A DNA stretch of 12,192 bases from Candidatus Krumholzibacteriota bacterium (GTDB lineage: Bacteria; Krumholzibacteriota; Krumholzibacteriia; LZORAL124-64-63). The position numbers and the translations under genes are program-made. The DNA is taken from assembly GCA_039714075.1 (NCBI GenBank), contig JBDLKA010000100.1, positions 1 to 12,192 of the forward strand, given 5' to 3'. The notes below the pieces were generated by a model. That model was not told where the DNA came from, ran no database searches, and saw only the letters and a program-made list of their open reading frames with translations. This document shows, piece after piece, positions 8,208-12,192 of the stretch; position 1 is the first letter of the stretch; every line of letters begins with the position of its first letter.

Positions 8208-8270
8208 TTACCGAATGCCAGCAATTGCTGTGTGTTATAAAAATAACGTACAGGAAAATTATCCTACCGT

Positions 8271-10082
8271 TCAGGAGTCCAATCCCTCGAGCTCTTCCCA
8301 CCGGACGTAGCTTTGAGCCAGTTCCCTTTCGACGGTCTCCAGATCCACCTTCGCGGAAGCCACCCGGTCCCCTTTTTCCTGGTAGAATTCCGGGTCGGCC
8401 ATCAAGGCGTGCAGTTCGGTTTGCCGGGCTTCAAGCTCCTCGATCCGGGCGGGAAGGGACTCCAGTTCCCGGCCCTCCTTCCAGGTCCGGCGGCGGGGTT
8501 GGTCGTCCGGACCAGGAGTCGGCGAGGACACGAAAGATTCTTTCTTGTTGCGTTGCTTGGTTTTGCCCGATTCAGTCTTGGTATTTCGGGATGCGCGCGC
8601 CCAGTCCGAGTATCCCCCGACTGTTTCCGTGATCCGGCCCCCGCCTTCCAGGACCAGGGTGCTGGTGGTCACATTATCCAGAAAATCCCGGTCGTGGCTG
8701 ACCAGAATCAGGGTCCCATCGAATTGGGCCACCAGTTCCTCGAGCAGATCCACTGTTTCGAGGTCCAGGTCGTTGGTGGGCTCGTCCAGGACCAGCAGAT
8801 TCGCCGGCCGGGTAAACAGCCGGGCCAGCAGCAATCGGTTGCGTTCCCCTCCCGAAAGATGGGAAATGGGTGCCCGGGCCCGGTCCGCCGTGAACAGGAA
8901 GTTCTTGAGGTAGGTTATCGCGTGGATGGACCGACCCCCGAACTGGACCCTGTCGTTGCCGTCGGTAACGTTTTCCAGAACGGTTTTTGATTCGTCCAGC
9001 TGGTCCCTTTGCTGATCGAAATAGGCCACCTGCAGGTTCGAACCCAGTTCGACGCTTCCGGAGGAAGGCTGAAGATTTCCCAACAGCAATCGCAGCAGCG
9101 TGGTCTTTCCCGAACCGTTGGGGCCCAGAATGCCGATCCGGTCGCCCCTTTGGATCAGGGCCGAAAATCCCCGGGCCATGATCTTGTCGTCCCAGGAAAA
9201 ACCCAGATCCCGGACCCGGACCACCAGCTTGCCCGAACGGGCCGCATCCTGCAGGGAAATCCGGGCGGTGCCGGCGGTCTCCCTCCTGGCATGACGCTCG
9301 GTCCGCATGCGTTTCAATTCACGCACCCGGCCTTCGTTCCGCGTGCGCCGTTCGCGCACTCCCTGCCGGATCCAGATCTCCTCTTCAGCCAGTTTGCGAT
9401 CGAACTCGGCGTTCTGTTCCTGCTCCACGCGCAGGGCTTCGTCGCGCCGCCGCAAAAAGGTGTCGTAGTCGCAGGTCCAGTCGCGCAACCGCCCCCGGTC
9501 CAGTTCCACGATCCTTTGGGCCAGCCCCCGCAGGAAAGCCCGGTCGTGGGTCACGAAGACCAGGGTCCCGGCAAACCGGCGCAGGTCCTCCTCCAGTCCC
9601 TTGATCGCATCGATGTCCAGGTGATTGGTGGGTTCGTCCAGCAGCAGGATATCCGGCCCGATGACCATGGCCCGGGCCAGCAGCACGCGGCGTTTGTTAC
9701 CGGTGGAAAGAGTGGTGAAATCGGCGGCGGGATCCAGGCCGGCGCGGGTCAGGGTCCGTTCTACGATGTGGCCGTCCTCCCAGTCGGGCTGGGGAAGATC
9801 GGCCAGGGCAAAACCCCCGGCGACCACTTCGCTCACGGTACCGGAAAGCCCCGCGGGCAGCTCCTGCGTCAACCGGCCCACCCGCAAACCGTTCCGGCGG
9901 ATGATTTCACCCGCGTCGGGTTGGATGGTCCCGGCCAACAGGCGCAACAGGGTGGATTTCCCCTCCCCGTTGCGGCCCAGCAGACAGATACGCTCGCCCT
10001 TCTCGATACGAAGGTTGACGCCGTCGAGAACCGAAGGACCGCCCAGGGCGAGGGTCACGTTTTTTACATCGATAAGGGCCAT
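8271..10082 (-). CDS. uup: ABC-F family ATPase, Uup subfamily
   Basis: Two ABC domains with no transmembrane segments (GRNGEGKST/LLLDEPTNHLD and GPNGSGKTT/LSGGE/LVLDEPTNDLD). The Uup-type linker is EEIWIRQG..RRTRNEGRVR and the C-terminal coiled coil is ELESLPARIEELE...RWEELE. Confidence 0.92.
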   Translation of the reverse strand: MALIDVKNVTLALGGPSVLDGVNLRIEKGERICLLGRNGEGKSTLLRLLAGTIQPDAGEIIRRNGLRVGRLTQELPAGLSGTVSEVVAGGFALADLPQPDWEDGHIVERTLTRAGLDPAADFTTLSTGNKRRVLLARAMVIGPDILLLDEPTNHLDIDAIKGLEEDLRRFAGTLVFVTHDRAFLRGLAQRIVELDRGRLRDWTCDYDTFLRRRDEALRVEQEQNAEFDRKLAEEEIWIRQGVRERRTRNEGRVRELKRMRTERHARRETAGTARISLQDAARSGKLVVRVRDLGFSWDDKIMARGFSALIQRGDRIGILGPNGSGKTTLLRLLLGNLQPSSGSVELGSNLQVAYFDQQRDQLDESKTVLENVTDGNDRVQFGGRSIHAITYLKNFLFTADRARAPISHLSGGERNRLLLARLFTRPANLLVLDEPTNDLDLETVDLLEELVAQFDGTLILVSHDRDFLDNVTTSTLVLEGGGRITETVGGYSDWARASRNTKTESGKTKQRNKKESFVSSPTPGPDDQPRRRTWKEGRELESLPARIEELEARQTELHALMADPEFYQEKGDRVASAKVDLETVERELAQSYVRWEELEGLDS

Positions 10083-10108
10083 GGTCCGACTAATGAAGGT
10101 GTCGGACC
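10083..10108. repeat. Perfect 8-bp inverted repeat abutting the uup start codon
   Basis: GGTCCGAC (10083-10090), 10 nt, GTCGGACC (10101-10108). The uup ATG is at 10082-10080. Confidence 0.8.
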
Positions 10109-10135
10109 GCTATAGCGCAAGATGTGCCCGCGTCA

Positions 10136-10810
10136 TCAACCTCCGTTGTAGGCGGCCCCGGGCAGATCCATTTTCACCGAAAAAGCGCCGCGCATATCTC
10201 CGACCGCGAACCCCCTGGCCTTGTCGCCGGGGTAGAGCTCGGTCAGTTTTGCATCCAGATCGCCGGCCAGTTCGCCCCCATGGCAAAAGAGGCACATAGG
10301 CGCTGTCGGGATGGCCTTCATATACCGGAAAGTACGCCCGCCGCCGGGACCCGCGACCGTGGCCCACATTTCGAGATCCTGGGGCTTTTCACCCGCCTTG
10401 ATCCTGGCGTCAAAAGCTTCCAGGCCCGCCTTTTCCCATTCATCCGGAGCATTGGACGGATTGCGGTTCCTGCGACTGGTTCGCCCGACGGTCAGCCCTT
10501 CCTCGTCGCAGATCTGATTGGAAATGACTTCGGCCTCGTCATGGCAGACACTCACTGCACCGAGAGGACCTTCTTTTTCCATGGCTCCCTGCAGGGCGGA
10601 CTTCAGGGCACCGGCCAACTTCCTGGTCGCCGCCCGGCATGTTTCCACATTATGATCCACGGCCTGCCGGACATCGGCGGCGGGGACCATCTCCTCGGTT
10701 TTTTCCGTTTGCCCTTGGGACCCGGCCTGGGAGGCCGCGTCCTGATCGCCGCTCGAACAACCGGAAAAAACCACCAGCAGGAGAACCATCAGAATCAGCA
10801 AAGTTTTCAT
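10136..10810 (-). CDS. DUF3365 / Tll0287-like monoheme cytochrome c lipoprotein (224 aa)
   Basis: Start reassigned to ATG 10810 because GGAGG lies 6 nt upstream. Lipobox VFSG|C18. Family motifs are GPxxAVSVC, RTS...RNPxNAPDxWE, FRYMKAI, CLFCH (CxxCH at 10294-10280), YPxDxAxGF and GDMRGAFSV. Confidence 0.88.
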   Translation of the reverse strand: MKTLLILMVLLLVVFSGCSSGDQDAASQAGSQGQTEKTEEMVPAADVRQAVDHNVETCRAATRKLAGALKSALQGAMEKEGPLGAVSVCHDEAEVISNQICDEEGLTVGRTSRRNRNPSNAPDEWEKAGLEAFDARIKAGEKPQDLEMWATVAGPGGGRTFRYMKAIPTAPMCLFCHGGELAGDLDAKLTELYPGDKARGFAVGDMRGAFSVKMDLPGAAYNGG

Positions 10811-10858
10811 CTCATACCTCCGGTTCAACCCCACCGGCCACCGAGCGGCCGATCTCGA

Positions 10859-11329
10859 CTAATGGGTGTGCTCCAGGTCATAGTGCGCGCCCAGGCGGTC
10901 CAGCGCCGCGCGCAGTGTGGCCACCACTTCGGGATCGCTTTTCTGCTTGGCTTTCATCGCCGCGGCCATCACCTGGTGGTGGTCTGCGAGTTTGGCCAGA
11001 TAGGCCGCGTGGCCCTCGTTGTCGGCAGCCACCGGTTTGACTTTCTGCGTCAGGAAATACTCCGCCACCGTGGTGATGATGTTCGACGCGTGCGTTTCCT
11101 TGGTGATGACCCAGCGTGTGAACTGGTTGGCGCTTTGCGCGCCGGTCTTGCCCGCCAGATCTTTCATCTGGGCCATGGCCTTTTCGATGGTCGCGGCGTC
11201 TTCATACATGCCGGTCACGCGGGCGGCGTCATCGTAGATACCGCAAGGGACCTGGCAATGGGCGGCGGCGAGTTGGGGAAGCAGAAACATCAACAAAAGG
11301 GTAACTACCGGGGCAATTTGCCTGGACAT
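10859..11329 (-). CDS. sodN: Nickel-dependent superoxide dismutase precursor (156 aa) with Sec-type signal peptide
   Basis: Nickel-hook motif HCQVPCGIYD (H-C-x-x-P-C-G-x-Y at 11260-11234), plus NQFTRWVITKETHA, YFLTQKVKP and MKAKQ. Start reassigned to ATG 11329 because AGGAG lies 6 nt upstream. Confidence 0.95.
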   Translation of the reverse strand: MSRQIAPVVTLLLMFLLPQLAAAHCQVPCGIYDDAARVTGMYEDAATIEKAMAQMKDLAGKTGAQSANQFTRWVITKETHASNIITTVAEYFLTQKVKPVAADNEGHAAYLAKLADHHQVMAAAMKAKQKSDPEVVATLRAALDRLGAHYDLEHTH

Positions 11330-11408
11330 GGGCCACTCCTGGGTGAAAAGATCCTCAAGGCTGCGTGGATCAATCCCGCCAGCCTGATACAATACGATTC
11401 CAAGCAAC

Positions 11409-11417
11409 ACTTTAGCA
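11409..11417 (-). promoter_or_regulatory. Candidate extended -10 element for the sodN-DUF3365 unit
   Basis: TG-c-TAAAGT on the - strand, 80 bp upstream of the sodN ATG. No convincing -35 element. Confidence 0.35.
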
Positions 11418-11516
11418 CATTCCGGAATTCCCGCACCCCGTGTGTTTCCAGCAGCGGTTATTGGGTCTCACGACACCCGGAACCGGCCACCCGAACCGTC
11501 ACGAAAGATTCGGCTA

Positions 11517-11918
11517 TCAGGGCTCCTCACCGACCTGGACCTTGGGTGTCCCAACGGGACATACAATATCGACACGGATGAAGGGGCCGTTCTTGGGACT
11601 GACCTCGATAACCTTCAATATTACCCTTTTCCCGGATTTGATGATTGCTTCATCCTTTTCGAACATTCCAGACGGAAATTTGATTTTGATTTCCTGGTCA
11701 CTGGTGTTGATGAATGCCACGGAGTCGCCTGGGTACACCCACAGGTTCTCGATGAAGCTGTCCTTGGCAAGGGTGGAGGGAAGACATTCATCAGTGTAGT
11801 ACACGTCGACGTAGCGGGACGGCATTATCGGCTGTGGTTGAATGGGACGCGCGCACCCCCCCAACAGCATGGCCGCCAGGATTATCAGGAGAAAAAGCGG
11901 TAATATGATCGATTTCAT
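11517..11918 (-). CDS. Hypothetical lipoprotein (133 aa), cupredoxin-like beta-sandwich without copper ligands
   Basis: Start reassigned to ATG 11918 because GAGGAGG lies 5 nt upstream. Lipobox LLGG|C22. LWVYPGDSVAFINTS...IKF...IIKSG resembles the cupredoxin V-x-x-GD-x-V-x-F/W-x-N pattern. The fold call is inference. Confidence 0.75.
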   Translation of the reverse strand: MKSIILPLFLLIILAAMLLGGCARPIQPQPIMPSRYVDVYYTDECLPSTLAKDSFIENLWVYPGDSVAFINTSDQEIKIKFPSGMFEKDEAIIKSGKRVILKVIEVSPKNGPFIRVDIVCPVGTPKVQVGEEP

Positions 11919-11950
11919 CGAACCCTCCTCATTGGGCCCCCCGGGGCCTG

Positions 11951-12190
11951 TCACTGAACACTGTCCGCCTGAGCCTGCTCCGTTCCGGATGCGGCGGAAG
12001 TCATCCGGACAAACCTTGGATCCTCTACCAGAGAGGCCAATTCACGGGTGGAATAAATCCGTTCCACCGGCACCCCGTGGCTTAATGCCTCTCCGAGACA
12101 GCGAAGGGCGGCGCCCCGATCGCCGAGAAGTTCATATGCGTTGCCGATGGCATACAGCAGATCCCGTTCATCTGAATCCAATGAATCGGC
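11951..12190 (-). CDS. C-terminal fragment (5'-truncated by the window) of a TPR-repeat protein
   Basis: The frame is open to the window edge. It has a TPR helix pair LLYAIGNAYELLGDRGAALRCLGEALSHG followed by an 'EL..L..DPRF' cap, which is often seen at the end of TPR arrays, including those of Ser/Thr kinase-TPR proteins. Confidence 0.8.
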   Translation of the reverse strand, partial: ADSLDSDERDLLYAIGNAYELLGDRGAALRCLGEALSHGVPVERIYSTRELASLVEDPRFVRMTSAASGTEQAQADSVQ

Positions 12191-12192
12191 CG

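Noticed and set aside
5283..10115. Long + strand ORFs (5283-6476, 6761-8101, 8313-8990, 9009-10115 and others)
   Set aside because: They lie antisense to korB, korA and uup, have shadow-ORF composition, and show no domain motifs.
10541..10555. Second heme-binding site at VSVCH in the DUF3365 protein
   Set aside because: It lacks the first Cys of CxxCH, so it is better explained as a distal ligand region.
11330..11410. ORF-track N-terminal extension of SodN (start 11410), and likewise the starts at 10834 and 11954
   Set aside because: The downstream ATGs (11329, 10810, 11918) have well-spaced SD sequences and place the signal peptides at the N-terminus.
11330..11516. NiCo (czcD) riboswitch upstream of sodN
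   Set aside because: I could not find the conserved four-way-junction sequence elements. Only generic hairpins are present. An Rfam scan would settle it.
10124..11581. 485-aa + strand ORF spanning DUF3365 and sodN
   Set aside because: It is antisense to two motif-supported genes and has no recognisable domain or RBS.
11935..11948. GC hairpin GGCCCC-CC-GGGGCC between the TPR and lipoprotein genes as a terminator
   Set aside because: The stem is short, has no U-tract and sits in GC-rich sequence. The tight gene spacing suggests co-transcription.
1..12192. CRISPR arrays, tRNA/rRNA genes, IS elements or integrases
   Set aside because: I saw no regularly spaced short repeats, RNA gene signatures or transposase/integrase motifs. 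The intergenic gaps are all under 240 bp.

Overview
GC-rich bacterial window with two convergent gene blocks that meet at a strong hairpin terminator (5126-5160). The + strand carries the 3' end of a protein with a FlgD-Ig/T9SS-like C-terminal sorting domain, then a 1146-aa secreted repeat protein (signal peptide, a duplicated ~146-aa beta-rich domain bracketing six ASH/choice-of-anchor-D-like Ig repeats, an Fn3-like domain and a closely related sorting domain), then a GAF + SpoIIE/RsbU-type PP2C phosphatase. The - strand, read in transcription order, carries the end of a TPR protein, a His-free cupredoxin-like lipoprotein, a nickel superoxide dismutase (sodN) with a classical Sec-type signal peptide and no sodX in the window, a DUF3365/Tll0287-like monoheme c lipoprotein, a Uup-type ABC-F ATPase that appears to lack its arm subdomain, and a 2-oxoacid:ferredoxin oxidoreductase alpha/beta pair (korAB). 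The style of the sorting domains suggests an FCB-group lineage such as Krumholzibacteriota or Latescibacterota (inference only). The best candidates for new biology are (i) an exported NiSOD apparently matured by signal peptidase I and paired with a heme c lipoprotein, and (ii) the double-capped Ig-repeat surface protein. I saw no RNA genes, mobile elements or CRISPR arrays. All family assignments come from motif recognition by eye, not from database searches.
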